Made by a program: the position numbers and the translations under genes. Below are positions 38,156 through 46,926 of a stretch of DNA of 64,000 bases, piece by piece. The notes under the pieces were generated by a model. The model was given only the letters and a program-made list of their open reading frames with translations, did not search any database and was not told the origin of the DNA. Position 1 is the stretch's first letter. Each line of letters opens with the position of its first letter. This DNA comes from a virus, in the IMG/VR virus record IMGVR_UViG_3300025010_000007, positions 16,470 through 80,469 of that record; one strand, written 5' to 3'.

Positions 38156-39937
38156 TTACGAATATACCAGGTCATCCTTAACAGGCATTACCCAAATCTC
38201 CTGATTACTCAATTCCCAAGCATCAAGCTTACTCAGTAGCAGTGTCCGTAGTATTTGCTCCCCGATGGCTCGTGCTGCCGGTGGCGGTACCGCATTTCCG
38301 ATCCTCTCACGCCACTTGGCATCTGATTTGCCTGCCAGTACTACTGGGCTTCCGTCCGGCATGTAAAGCGGGAATCCTTGGAGTGCAAGCAGTTCCCATG
38401 TTGTCAAAGGCCTATGCCAACTACCGTCTAGTGCTATGATTACCCATACTCCGCTTTCGGTGTCTTTCGGGATCCTGGGATCTGCTACTGCCGTATTGCC
38501 GGAATGAATATCAGCACCCGTGACCGTCTTTGCCGGGTCTGACCAATCCTGTACACCGTAACTGCCTGACCTGCATTTACAACTTAGTCTCGGATCCGCT
38601 ATGGTTATAGCCCCGCTGTTTGGCCTGTGCGCCCCGGTTACTGTCGGCGCCGACTTATCCCACCTATACACCCGATATATAGCGTGATGGGTACCGTCTT
38701 TAAATCCGGTCCTTGGGTCCGCAATGGCTGAAGCTCCCGAACCAAAACGGGTACCAGTAACGCACGGGCCCGGCTCTGTCCAGTTGACTACTTGGTAAAC
38801 TGCCGGGTGACGACCATCTCTCTTTGACAGCCTTGGGTCCGCAACTACAGCAGGGCAGTTGCTGCTTGATGCTGAGGCACTTCCGGTAATTGCCTGTGTC
38901 GGTTTATCCCAATCCAGAACACCCATAAGTCCTGGACTGCCATTAAACGTTTTTCCCATTTTTTCTGAGAGCCTTGGATCCGCTACTGCGGACGCTTGAC
39001 TTCCTCCTACCCGCGTTTGTCCTATCACTGTGCCGGAAGGCTTTTCCCAATCCAAAACTCCCAAGGCTGCATTTCTCGGTATATGTTCAAGCCGGTATTC
39101 TTCCGGCGCTATTTTTTCAAGGTCTCGCCAGTCCCCACCAGCCGGGATAAGAGCTAACCTTACCCACGTTTTCCACTGCAACCGCGGTAGTCTGTGCATT
39201 ATTCCACCTGCTAGACTGTCCGGCATAGGCAGCGGCCCTAAGATTTCACCAATTGACCGAACCTGCAGTTTTGGTGGTTGGTAGATGAAGTTTTGCACTT
39301 TTGCAGGGTTCCTGGCTATGAGCAGGTACCGCTTTCTGTGCTGTCCCAGTCCACCCAGCTCTCCACAGTCGTGATATCCTTCATGAAAAACATACCCGGC
39401 ACGGCTCAGCAGGCTTTTAATTTCATGCAGCAGCTCCTTACCCCGGGTCGTTATTCGCGGGACGTTTTCCAGAAGAATTATGCCGGGCAGATCATCGGCA
39501 AATGCCTCCAAGGTTAGCCGTAAGCCTCTCACTGTCAAGCGATTAAGCGCCTGATATTTCTCGCTTGCCGCTGATTTACTGGGAAGTAGACCTGAGAAAC
39601 CTTTGCATGGCGGGGAAGTAAAAACCACATCCGGAGCTATTCCCCGGGCCACTTCCCGTACATCTTCCGGGGTGACTTCTCGCCAACTTTCAGGCGGCTC
39701 TTTGCCGTGAAATGCTCGGTAGTCATTACGGCTAAACAGGTCCATCTGCACCGCTGGGGCTCCGGTCAACATCTCAAAATCATTGCAGGCATCAGGATCA
39801 CAATCTATGCCAGCTAAGGTGATAAAGTTTGCAGATACTCCCCGGTATTCTGTTTCAGCGGCCTGCATCCCCAAAGCGGCCCCGCCTATACCGGCGAAAA
39901 GATGCAGGACTGCATATGTGTGCTCTATACTGTTCAC
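38156..39937 (-). CDS. DNA (cytosine-5) methyltransferase with five tandem TRD-like repeats
   Basis: LFAGIGG, SPPCKG, ENV, QHRKR, GNAV motifs; five W..P..(T)VTG...ADPR units. Confidence 0.93.
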   Translation of the reverse strand: MNSIEHTYAVLHLFAGIGGAALGMQAAETEYRGVSANFITLAGIDCDPDACNDFEMLTGAPAVQMDLFSRNDYRAFHGKEPPESWREVTPEDVREVARGIAPDVVFTSPPCKGFSGLLPSKSAASEKYQALNRLTVRGLRLTLEAFADDLPGIILLENVPRITTRGKELLHEIKSLLSRAGYVFHEGYHDCGELGGLGQHRKRYLLIARNPAKVQNFIYQPPKLQVRSIGEILGPLPMPDSLAGGIMHRLPRLQWKTWVRLALIPAGGDWRDLEKIAPEEYRLEHIPRNAALGVLDWEKPSGTVIGQTRVGGSQASAVADPRLSEKMGKTFNGSPGLMGVLDWDKPTQAITGSASASSSNCPAVVADPRLSKRDGRHPAVYQVVNWTEPGPCVTGTRFGSGASAIADPRTGFKDGTHHAIYRVYRWDKSAPTVTGAHRPNSGAITIADPRLSCKCRSGSYGVQDWSDPAKTVTGADIHSGNTAVADPRIPKDTESGVWVIIALDGSWHRPLTTWELLALQGFPLYMPDGSPVVLAGKSDAKWRERIGNAVPPPAARAIGEQILRTLLLSKLDAWELSNQEIWVMPVKDDLVYS

Positions 39938-39955
39938 CCCTCTTCATGAAGTTAT

Positions 39956-40192
39956 TTAAGCAGTGCCTCGTCTCGGATAAGCCATATCCTCGCGGGCTTC
40001 ACGTATCATGCCATCAGTTATAGAAAAGCTCCGGCCTATCGTAAACCCCTGCATTTCTCCTGTTTCCCCGCAATTGCAGCAGGTGACTATTGCTCTACCA
40101 GGTGATTTCCAGGAGTTTACATCCACCATGGGACTTCCGCAGCCCATACAGAAAAGTATCCCTGCTGTGCAAAGTTTGCTATCCTGCATCAA
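39956..40192 (-). CDS. Zinc-ribbon protein
   Basis: CMGC...CCNC; start probably MQDSK. Confidence 0.55.
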   Translation of the reverse strand: MMQDSKLCTAGILFCMGCGSPMVDVNSWKSPGRAIVTCCNCGETGEMQGFTIGRSFSITDGMIREAREDMAYPRRGTA

Positions 40193-41483
40193 TTTCCACC
40201 TCGCTTTTGCCGCCACCAAGATCACTAAACCTGGTGTATTCTTTTTCCCATTTCAATTCCAATGTTCCAGTTGGGCCCTCACGCTGCTTAGATATCATGA
40301 TTTCTGCAATGCCTTTTTTTAGAGTCTCAGGGTTGTAATACTCCTCCCGGTAGATAAAAGCTATCACGTCAGCATTGTTCTCAATCCCGCCACTCTCCCG
40401 TAGGTCTGACATTTGCGGGTGCTTGTCTGCCCGATTCTCCACACTCCGGCTAAGCTGTGCCAAAGCGACAACCGGAACGTCCAACTCCTTCGCTAGTGCC
40501 TTCAAGGAGGTAGCTATTTCAGTTATTTCCTGGTCCCTAGTCCCTACTTTTCTGTGGCACTTAATAAGCTGCAGGTAATCAATAACTACCAAGTCCAGTC
40601 CGTCACGTCTTTTAATTGCCCGACATTTTAAGCGTATCTCTGGAACGGTAACCACCGAAGCATCTTCGATAACCAGATTTGATTTATGCAATTTCTCCCC
40701 AAGATTATTAACCTCGTTCCACTCCTGCTGATTCAGGTTGCCGATTCTGAACCGGGAACCATTTAACAAGCAGTGCTGGACAAAAATCCTGTTAAGAATC
40801 TGCTCTTTGCTCATTTCTAGGCTGAAAAAAGCTACCCCCTTGCCCCCAAGTGCTGAATATTTCGCTATTTCTGTGAGTAGCGATGTCTTGCCCATACTTG
40901 GCCTGGCAGCTATAATTATCAGGTCTTTTCGTTGTAGGCCGTTGGTCATGTATTCAAATCTTTTAAACGGCATTTTCAGTCCGGTTATACCAGGTTTTCT
41001 GTCCTCGATGCTCCGTATATAGCCTAGAACATTATCTTTGACCCGGTATAACTCAGCGCTTTTTTCCTGTCCAAGTTCGTGAAAATACTGTTCGGCCTCT
41101 GCGATCAGTTCTTCCGCCGTCTCATAGTCTCCGTCATAAGCCTTGTTTGATATTCTCCCTGCTCCAGCAACCGCTTTGCGTAAAAGGCTATACTCCCTAA
41201 CCTGTTTGGCGTAATAACCGGCATTTGCTGCTGTTGGCGAATAGGTTATGAGCTCTGCTATGTAGGTTGCTGATATGTCAGCAGCTTTGGCCGATACAGA
41301 TACCAGATCCGGGGCTATGTTTTCAGCTTCAAGCTCCAAGATAGTACGAAATATCGCGCCATTCCGGTTGTCGTAAAAATCATTTTGGGTTAATATGCCG
41401 CTGATCTCGTCGATGATTTCTTTGTCGCGAAAGACAGCACCAAGCAGGGTTTTTTCTGCCTCCAAATTTGCAAGTGTTTTCAT
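40179..41483 (-). CDS. dnaB: Replicative DNA helicase
   Basis: AARPSMGKT, FFSLEM, IDYLQL, LAQLSR, DLRESGGIE. Confidence 0.96.
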   Translation of the reverse strand: MKTLANLEAEKTLLGAVFRDKEIIDEISGILTQNDFYDNRNGAIFRTILELEAENIAPDLVSVSAKAADISATYIAELITYSPTAANAGYYAKQVREYSLLRKAVAGAGRISNKAYDGDYETAEELIAEAEQYFHELGQEKSAELYRVKDNVLGYIRSIEDRKPGITGLKMPFKRFEYMTNGLQRKDLIIIAARPSMGKTSLLTEIAKYSALGGKGVAFFSLEMSKEQILNRIFVQHCLLNGSRFRIGNLNQQEWNEVNNLGEKLHKSNLVIEDASVVTVPEIRLKCRAIKRRDGLDLVVIDYLQLIKCHRKVGTRDQEITEIATSLKALAKELDVPVVALAQLSRSVENRADKHPQMSDLRESGGIENNADVIAFIYREEYYNPETLKKGIAEIMISKQREGPTGTLELKWEKEYTRFSDLGGGKSEVEIDAG

Positions 41484-42334
41484 TTGCGATCACCCAACGT
41501 TTTTAGGTAAAACTGGTAGTTTTCGTCGTCTTCAAAAGACGGTTTTGGGCTGGCTGGCTGTTGTATCACAGTAGGGCTTGCCCTGGTTTTACCATTTTTC
41601 TTTTTCTTAAATTCTGCATCCACCCTAACAACACCGGCCATTGTGGTTACCTGATTGTCTACCCAGTCATTTAGTATAGTCACGGTATAGCTTAACCTGG
41701 TCTTGCCTTGCAATCTTGTTCTCCTAATTGCCTCGCAGACAACTGACTTCTCCATGCCATCATCGACATAGCTTTGCAGATTCTCCATTTCGTTAGGACT
41801 AATAAGCCTACCAAATTCCTGTTCGTAAACTTTAACGAAACTTTCCTCTTCGCGATCATGATCATTATGATCTTTTAGTTTAGTTTCGTTTAGTTTATTT
41901 AATGCGGCATGGTTGTCGGCATGGTTGTCGGCATGGTTGTCGGCATGGTTGTCGGCATGGTTGTCGGCATTAGATGCCGACAAATCATCTACCGTCTTTT
42001 TGTCGGTACATTTGTAGGCATTAGATGCCTGCTTTTGTACCGACTTTTCTTCTACGTAAAAGGGTATTATTGAATATAAAGCAGCTTGGCTTCCTTTGCG
42101 CTGTCGCCACTTAATTCTGCCCTTCTGCGCTAGTTCGTTCCTGGCAGATGATACAGTCCTGGGTGCAAGTCCAGACTTAACGCATAGCACCGATACGGCC
42201 ACAGCAAACTCATCCATCCATGCTGTTTTATTGTTTATGTGCATAAGCGCATGCCATAAAGCAATGCCAGATAGTGATAGTCCGTTTGTTTCGAGCCAAT
42301 CATAGAATGCGTTAAGTTCTTTGATATAGTTCAT
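41480..42334 (-). CDS. Phage replication initiator (HTH + DnaD domain)
   Basis: MNYIKELNAF N-terminus, YEQEFGRLISP and SY..IL.DW DnaD motif; upstream of the helicase. Confidence 0.88.
   Translation of the reverse strand: MNYIKELNAFYDWLETNGLSLSGIALWHALMHINNKTAWMDEFAVAVSVLCVKSGLAPRTVSSARNELAQKGRIKWRQRKGSQAALYSIIPFYVEEKSVQKQASNAYKCTDKKTVDDLSASNADNHADNHADNHADNHADNHAALNKLNETKLKDHNDHDREEESFVKVYEQEFGRLISPNEMENLQSYVDDGMEKSVVCEAIRRTRLQGKTRLSYTVTILNDWVDNQVTTMAGVVRVDAEFKKKKNGKTRASPTVIQQPASPKPSFEDDENYQFYLKTLGDRK
41906..42030. repeat. Iterons/origin inside the initiator gene
   Basis: Five exact 12-bp units GGCATGGTTGTC (41906-41965), then palindromes TTGTCGGCAT-tag-ATGCCGACAA and AGGCAT-tag-ATGCCT. Confidence 0.75.
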
Positions 42335-42347
42335 ATTTGCACCCCTG

Positions 42348-42839
42348 TTATCCGTTTGCTATATCTAACTCAATAACCATGTCAATCGCCTTTTCTAAGC
42401 ATTTGCATGGATTTTTATAAATCTCACTTCCGGTAAATCTAGCTATCAACCAACCTTGGGATTGTAAATATCGATCTTTTTTCTTATCCCTTCTAGCCTG
42501 TTTTTCAGTTCTCTCGTGATAGTCATGACCATCACATTCAATAGCCAGTTTGTATGAATTACTTCCAAGTTCTAAAAATAAAGCTATATCAATCCTGTAG
42601 ACACCTACTTTGTATTGCGGGCAAAAACGATCAAATGGCTTTCCATTATTAATCCCATCACGCATACCAATGGCAAATATTTCAGCTATCATTAATTGCT
42701 CAATTGGTGATTCGCAAGCATTAGCACAGTGGTAAAAATAATCATCAGTATGTTTTATGGATTCTTTCTTGCGTTTTTCGTAATAATTAAGTATGTTATT
42801 TTGTATGTTTGAAGGATCTATATTGGGTTTATATGTCAT
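42348..42839 (-). CDS. DUF559 family endonuclease
   Basis: ESPIE, YRIDIA, IECDGHDYH, RFTGSEI. Confidence 0.85.
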   Translation of the reverse strand: MTYKPNIDPSNIQNNILNYYEKRKKESIKHTDDYFYHCANACESPIEQLMIAEIFAIGMRDGINNGKPFDRFCPQYKVGVYRIDIALFLELGSNSYKLAIECDGHDYHERTEKQARRDKKKDRYLQSQGWLIARFTGSEIYKNPCKCLEKAIDMVIELDIANG

Positions 42840-42922
42840 AAATATCCCTCTTTAAAAGAAAGTTTCCCCGGAACCGGCTGCCACACCGGTCCCGGATATA
42901 TAGGAGGTTTAGGCATTATGCC

Positions 42923-43111
42923 TTAAGCTTTTTCTTCAATCTCCTTGGGTAATATCCCACAAAAACAATGTTTCTGGTATTCAACTATAAGCTTGTCCAA
43001 CTTTTCCGAAGTCTCTAAAAGCCTCTCCGGTGGGCAGCTATAGAGCTTATTTCTCAGTCGCTCAATTTTAATCCTAAGCTTGGCTTTTTCTCTTTCGTCT
43101 ATTATTGCCAC
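42923..43111 (-). CDS. Spo0E-like aspartyl-phosphate phosphatase
   Basis: IERLRNKL...SEKLDKLIVEYQK matches the SQELD signature. Confidence 0.75.
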   Translation of the reverse strand: MAIIDEREKAKLRIKIERLRNKLYSCPPERLLETSEKLDKLIVEYQKHCFCGILPKEIEEKA

Positions 43112-43115
43112 CTAC

Positions 43116-43292
43116 TTAAAGTTCGTACTTATCAAGCAACGTACCGCAAAAACACTGACCTTTACGTATCTTCTTATGCCTTGCACCAGCACTACACGAT
43201 TTATCCCCGTTGCCTCCGCGAGTACATTCAGCACAATCAACATACAGTTTTCCTCTTGAATCTTTTCCGCTACTCTTAGGCTTTACCGCCAT
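43116..43292 (-). CDS. Small Cys-rich protein
   Basis: DCAEC...CSAG...CFCG; GGAGG RBS. Confidence 0.55.
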   Translation of the reverse strand: MAVKPKSSGKDSRGKLYVDCAECTRGGNGDKSCSAGARHKKIRKGQCFCGTLLDKYEL

Positions 43293-43464
43293 TGCGCACA
43301 CCTCCATGACTCTTCTTAAACTGCCTATCGCGCCAGTTAACCTTTATCTCAACGGTTATTTTGTGGCAGCACCCTGGGCACTCATAATCCTGCTTGCCGT
43401 CTTCCGGTGCCATAACCACTGAGATGTGACATTCACACTTCGGGCAGAAATATCTAATTTCCAA
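43276..43464 (-). CDS. Zinc-ribbon protein
   Basis: CPKC...CPGC. Confidence 0.55.
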   Translation of the reverse strand: MEIRYFCPKCECHISVVMAPEDGKQDYECPGCCHKITVEIKVNWRDRQFKKSHGGVRNGGKA

Positions 43465-43478
43465 CTACTTCACCACCA

Positions 43479-44234
43479 TCACTCTGGTTCATGTATCGGC
43501 ATTGCTGTAGCCGTTATCCTATCGCTCTTAAAAATTATAGGAGTTAAGCCGCCTTTGCAGCATATATCAAATACCTCATCCCCCATGACCATAAGAGCGG
43601 TATCAAGATACTCTTTATTAACTGTCATGCGAGCTTTAGCAGTATTCAACTTTACCGCATAATCTAGCTTCCCAGAAGGATATACTTGTACTAAATCGGT
43701 TAATGTACCGGCAGTGCAGTCGCTAACTATTAACTCAGTGTCCGCCATTACTTCTAGGAGTTTTTTGATATTGATGGCCGATACTTTGCGATCAACATGT
43801 TCCTCAAATCCACTCCTGGCGTCCCATTTTATGCGAGTATTTTTAAGATTGTCCGGTATGCAGTCAGACTTTATAATTACTGCTATCTGACCACCATTAC
43901 AGGCTATTAACTCGTTTTCTGTAAGGTTGATATAATAGAACGATGCAGGTAAATCATCTTCTTTAGCCGCAAAATACGACGCTCTAATAAAGTCATTAGT
44001 AAACGGATCGTCTGTGAATACGTTAATATCTTTAACCCTGGACTGCAAAAGCTGCTTTTTAATGTCATAAATCCTTAAGTCCAAGGTATCCATTCTTCTT
44101 TCGACGTTATCCCTTTCTTCTGTCACATCAAATATTTGCTCATCCAACTCATCATAGCGACTAGACAATACTGCACGTTCCTTAGTTAACTTAATGAGTT
44201 TTTGGTCTAGCTCTAAATTGTTCATATTAAACAC
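43479..44234 (-). CDS. Coiled coil + DNA polymerase III beta-clamp-like domain
   Basis: LIACNG..IA, VNKEYLDTAL, LTPIIF...AMPI resemble beta-clamp segments. Confidence 0.6.
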   Translation of the reverse strand: MFNMNNLELDQKLIKLTKERAVLSSRYDELDEQIFDVTEERDNVERRMDTLDLRIYDIKKQLLQSRVKDINVFTDDPFTNDFIRASYFAAKEDDLPASFYYINLTENELIACNGGQIAVIIKSDCIPDNLKNTRIKWDARSGFEEHVDRKVSAINIKKLLEVMADTELIVSDCTAGTLTDLVQVYPSGKLDYAVKLNTAKARMTVNKEYLDTALMVMGDEVFDICCKGGLTPIIFKSDRITATAMPIHEPE

Positions 44235-44372
44235 CTCACGACCTGTCCTACTACAAACAAAAACGCTACCACAATAACACCGTACCCGATAACCAGATCC
44301 CCCGACCTGTCCTTACCCTCCAACCACTCCTGGGTTCGTGTTACTACCCGCTCAAGATATTTAACTAACTGC

Positions 44373-44921
44373 TTAATTAGGGAGGCTTTCCGATAACTTC
44401 TCCTGATCTGTAAACGGCAGTGCATTGCTGTCATCCTCCTCCCGCTCCAATTCAACATCCTCTAAACCAAATTCCAGGAGAGAAGGCTCGCTATGCTGTT
44501 CAATGGCCCTAGCAATCTTCCGCACGTCTTCCGACCACAAGCCATGCCGACGTACTGCCGCAGCAAAATCCTCTATGTCATGGCTTACCTCGTACCATAT
44601 CGGATTTCCGTCTTTGTCATCGTCGGCCTTTCTCCCGCAGTGGCTGAGTTCGTGGTCTATTAGTGCTGTCTTCTGGTGCTGCTCCAATAAACGCCACACT
44701 TTACTGTTAATCACGACACAGAAGTCATAGTCGGTGAGGTGCCTTTCCCGTGCGGTCACCTTTAGAGCTCTGCCCCAGGTAGTGCGGTCTTTGCTTGACC
44801 ACGGCCCTTCCCGAAAAAGGTACTTAATTCTAGCCTCTACCAAGTGCCCATGATGTTTACCTATGCACTTTCGCGCAATCATTTCAACCTCATAAGCATC
44901 ATCAAACTCAATTAATGCCAT
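44373..44921 (-). CDS. Putative phage metallopeptidase
   Basis: ALIDHELSH, HDIEDF..VRRHGLW. Confidence 0.8.
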   Translation of the reverse strand: MALIEFDDAYEVEMIARKCIGKHHGHLVEARIKYLFREGPWSSKDRTTWGRALKVTARERHLTDYDFCVVINSKVWRLLEQHQKTALIDHELSHCGRKADDDKDGNPIWYEVSHDIEDFAAAVRRHGLWSEDVRKIARAIEQHSEPSLLEFGLEDVELEREEDDSNALPFTDQEKLSESLPN

Positions 44922-44923
44922 TC

Positions 44924-45040
44924 TCAACTCACCTTCTTGCGATTGTTTTTCGTGGGCGCCGCGTTCATCTTCTGAAGCGCCTTATCTACCGAATATCCAG
45001 TAATAATGCTCAAATATAGCGCAAGATAATTAGCTTTCAC
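44924..45040 (-). CDS. Small hypothetical protein (38 aa)
   Basis: GTGA overlap with the upstream stop; MKANYLALYLSII... Confidence 0.45.
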   Translation of the reverse strand: MKANYLALYLSIITGYSVDKALQKMNAAPTKNNRKKVS

Positions 45041-45423
45041 CGAGCCACCTTCTTTAGCCCATCAGTTATCCGTGCCATCATGTTGGTGTCATGGTCAATA
45101 AGTAGTTGTTTTATCTCTCCGCTCCTCAACTCAACACCAATAGAGCAGTTATTTTCAAGCATCAGTCTATTTACCGCATTTGAAACTCTAGTTAGCTTTT
45201 CCTTAGCTGCGTCAGTCTTCCTGTGCTCATCTTGAGTGTCTATATTGAATTGCTTGATAACATCCTTGACGGCTTTAATTAGCTGCTCACGACTAAGCTT
45301 CGCATAACCTTTGACCTTATTCTTCCGACAGCACTTCCGCAAATCGGTTAATGTCCAATCATCAACGGAAGGTATATTTAAAACGATTTCCTTCGTTGCA
45401 ATTTCTGTCATAAATATTTTCAC
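45037..45423 (-). CDS. Rho N-terminal/HeH-like domain protein
   Basis: TLTDLRKCCRKNKVKGYAKLSREQLIKAV. Confidence 0.65.
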   Translation of the reverse strand: MKIFMTEIATKEIVLNIPSVDDWTLTDLRKCCRKNKVKGYAKLSREQLIKAVKDVIKQFNIDTQDEHRKTDAAKEKLTRVSNAVNRLMLENNCSIGVELRSGEIKQLLIDHDTNMMARITDGLKKVAR

Positions 45424-45434
45424 CTCGCAATTAA

Positions 45435-46394
45435 CTAACTGACTATATCCTCCCAGCCAACACCGATGTAATCAAGTACGGCACCCCAACCCATTTTGTA
45501 CATCCAAAAATTCCACTCTGCCGGACTGTCCTCTCTAAGCCTATCGAACCTATGGGGTCTCTTTTCCATATGAATACCAAACCCGCACATGGTGCATCCG
45601 GTACGCTTCGCCCTGGTAGTGTCCAAAGTCCCGTCAGGCAACCTAACTATTTCTCCGTATATCTCAGGTACCTGAACCCGCAGGTCAAGCGATAACTGCA
45701 GTAAATCGGTTTTTGAGAATATCGCAAACGGGCAACTTCGACTAACTGTTTTTCCGTAGTAGTTGCATCCATGAGCAACAAGCGCTTTAGCCCGTCGCCC
45801 CCCCTCAGAGGCCATGAGTCCCATATAGACGTATGATTTATTTTCCCTCGCAAACCTGTCGCAAGGCTTTTCCTTCATGTGGTAGCAGCAGTCGGCACTT
45901 ACTTTAAAAGGCGCCTCCTGCTCTGCAAACAGCTTTAGCCACTTCTGAGGTAGTTTCATGTATGAGGAATACTTAAATCCTCCCTGCGCCCCTGTCTGGC
46001 CTGTCAGAATCGCATGTCTGACGGTAGCGTTCTTTTCTGTCGGGTTTTGTAGTAGCTTTATTTTGTCGGCAACAGCCTTACTTATGACCGGGTACCCGTG
46101 TTCCTTTAGAACCTGAGTTTTAGTCTTGCACGGCTTCAGCAGGACCATGTTATCCATGTTTTTGTGTATCCGCTGAATGCTCCGGTCCTCCAGAGCGGAT
46201 ACGGAAACGCCGACAATATCTTTATTAACGAATTCTCTAAGAAAGGCAAGCAGCGTGATGCTGTCCAATCCCCCGACACTACAGAAAACTTTTCCGTCCA
46301 TCTTCTCGTAAAACTCACGACCTATAAGCTTTGCGTGATCTACTTTTAGTTCGTAAGGCAATGTCTGTCTGAACATAAATTCTTGTGGAGTCAT
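45435..46394 (-). CDS. PAPS reductase-like PP-loop protein
   Basis: SVGGLDS, CC, RTGCTMCGF. Confidence 0.8.
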   Translation of the reverse strand: MTPQEFMFRQTLPYELKVDHAKLIGREFYEKMDGKVFCSVGGLDSITLLAFLREFVNKDIVGVSVSALEDRSIQRIHKNMDNMVLLKPCKTKTQVLKEHGYPVISKAVADKIKLLQNPTEKNATVRHAILTGQTGAQGGFKYSSYMKLPQKWLKLFAEQEAPFKVSADCCYHMKEKPCDRFARENKSYVYMGLMASEGGRRAKALVAHGCNYYGKTVSRSCPFAIFSKTDLLQLSLDLRVQVPEIYGEIVRLPDGTLDTTRAKRTGCTMCGFGIHMEKRPHRFDRLREDSPAEWNFWMYKMGWGAVLDYIGVGWEDIVS

Positions 46395-46461
46395 AACATG
46401 TACTCCTTTCGCATATGAATAATTAGAGGAAGATTGTTCCAGTGCAGGAGATTAAAAAAAA

Positions 46462-46653
46462 TTAATCATCTCTACATTTACACCTAGGACATTGCTTAAC
46501 CGTAAATGATCCGAAACTAGGTTCTCGGTCATGGTCAAAATAGATGTGTTTTATGCGATAATAAGTAGCTCTTTTCGGTATTACCTCTCCACAAAAGTCA
46601 CATAAATGATCTTTTCTGCTCCTTGGAATACGTTTAACTGACTTACGATCCAC
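46462..46653 (-). CDS. Small Zn-finger protein
   Basis: RKDHLCDFCGEVI...CPRC. Confidence 0.55.
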   Translation of the reverse strand: MDRKSVKRIPRSRKDHLCDFCGEVIPKRATYYRIKHIYFDHDREPSFGSFTVKQCPRCKCRDD

Positions 46654-46835
46654 TAAACCACCTTATTTCTTACCGCACCGAATACCCACCGGGCAACCAC
46701 GGCATTTTTTCTTGCCGATATACGCCCTTCACGGTATCCAGTGCAGTATATTTCTTTCTCATGCTTTCCGATGGGAGGCAGTTTTGGCCTACCCAGGAAT
46801 CCAGCGTTAAAACCGCTCTGATATGGATTTTCCAA
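46653..46835 (-). CDS. Small hypothetical protein
   Basis: GGGGAGG RBS; YQSGFNAG / YREG motifs. Confidence 0.55.
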   Translation of the reverse strand: MENPYQSGFNAGFLGRPKLPPIGKHEKEIYCTGYREGRISARKNAVVARWVFGAVRNKVV

Positions 46836-46926
46836 TGTTCTGCCTCCCCTTGTGTATTTTTTAAAACGACTGTATAATTATCCAGAGTGTTTATTTTTGC
46901 GGCGGGAGTTCTGGCTCCCGTCTTTC

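Noticed and set aside
41906-41970. Direct repeats as a CRISPR array
   Set aside because: Contiguous 12-bp units, no spacers, inside a CDS; they fit iterons.
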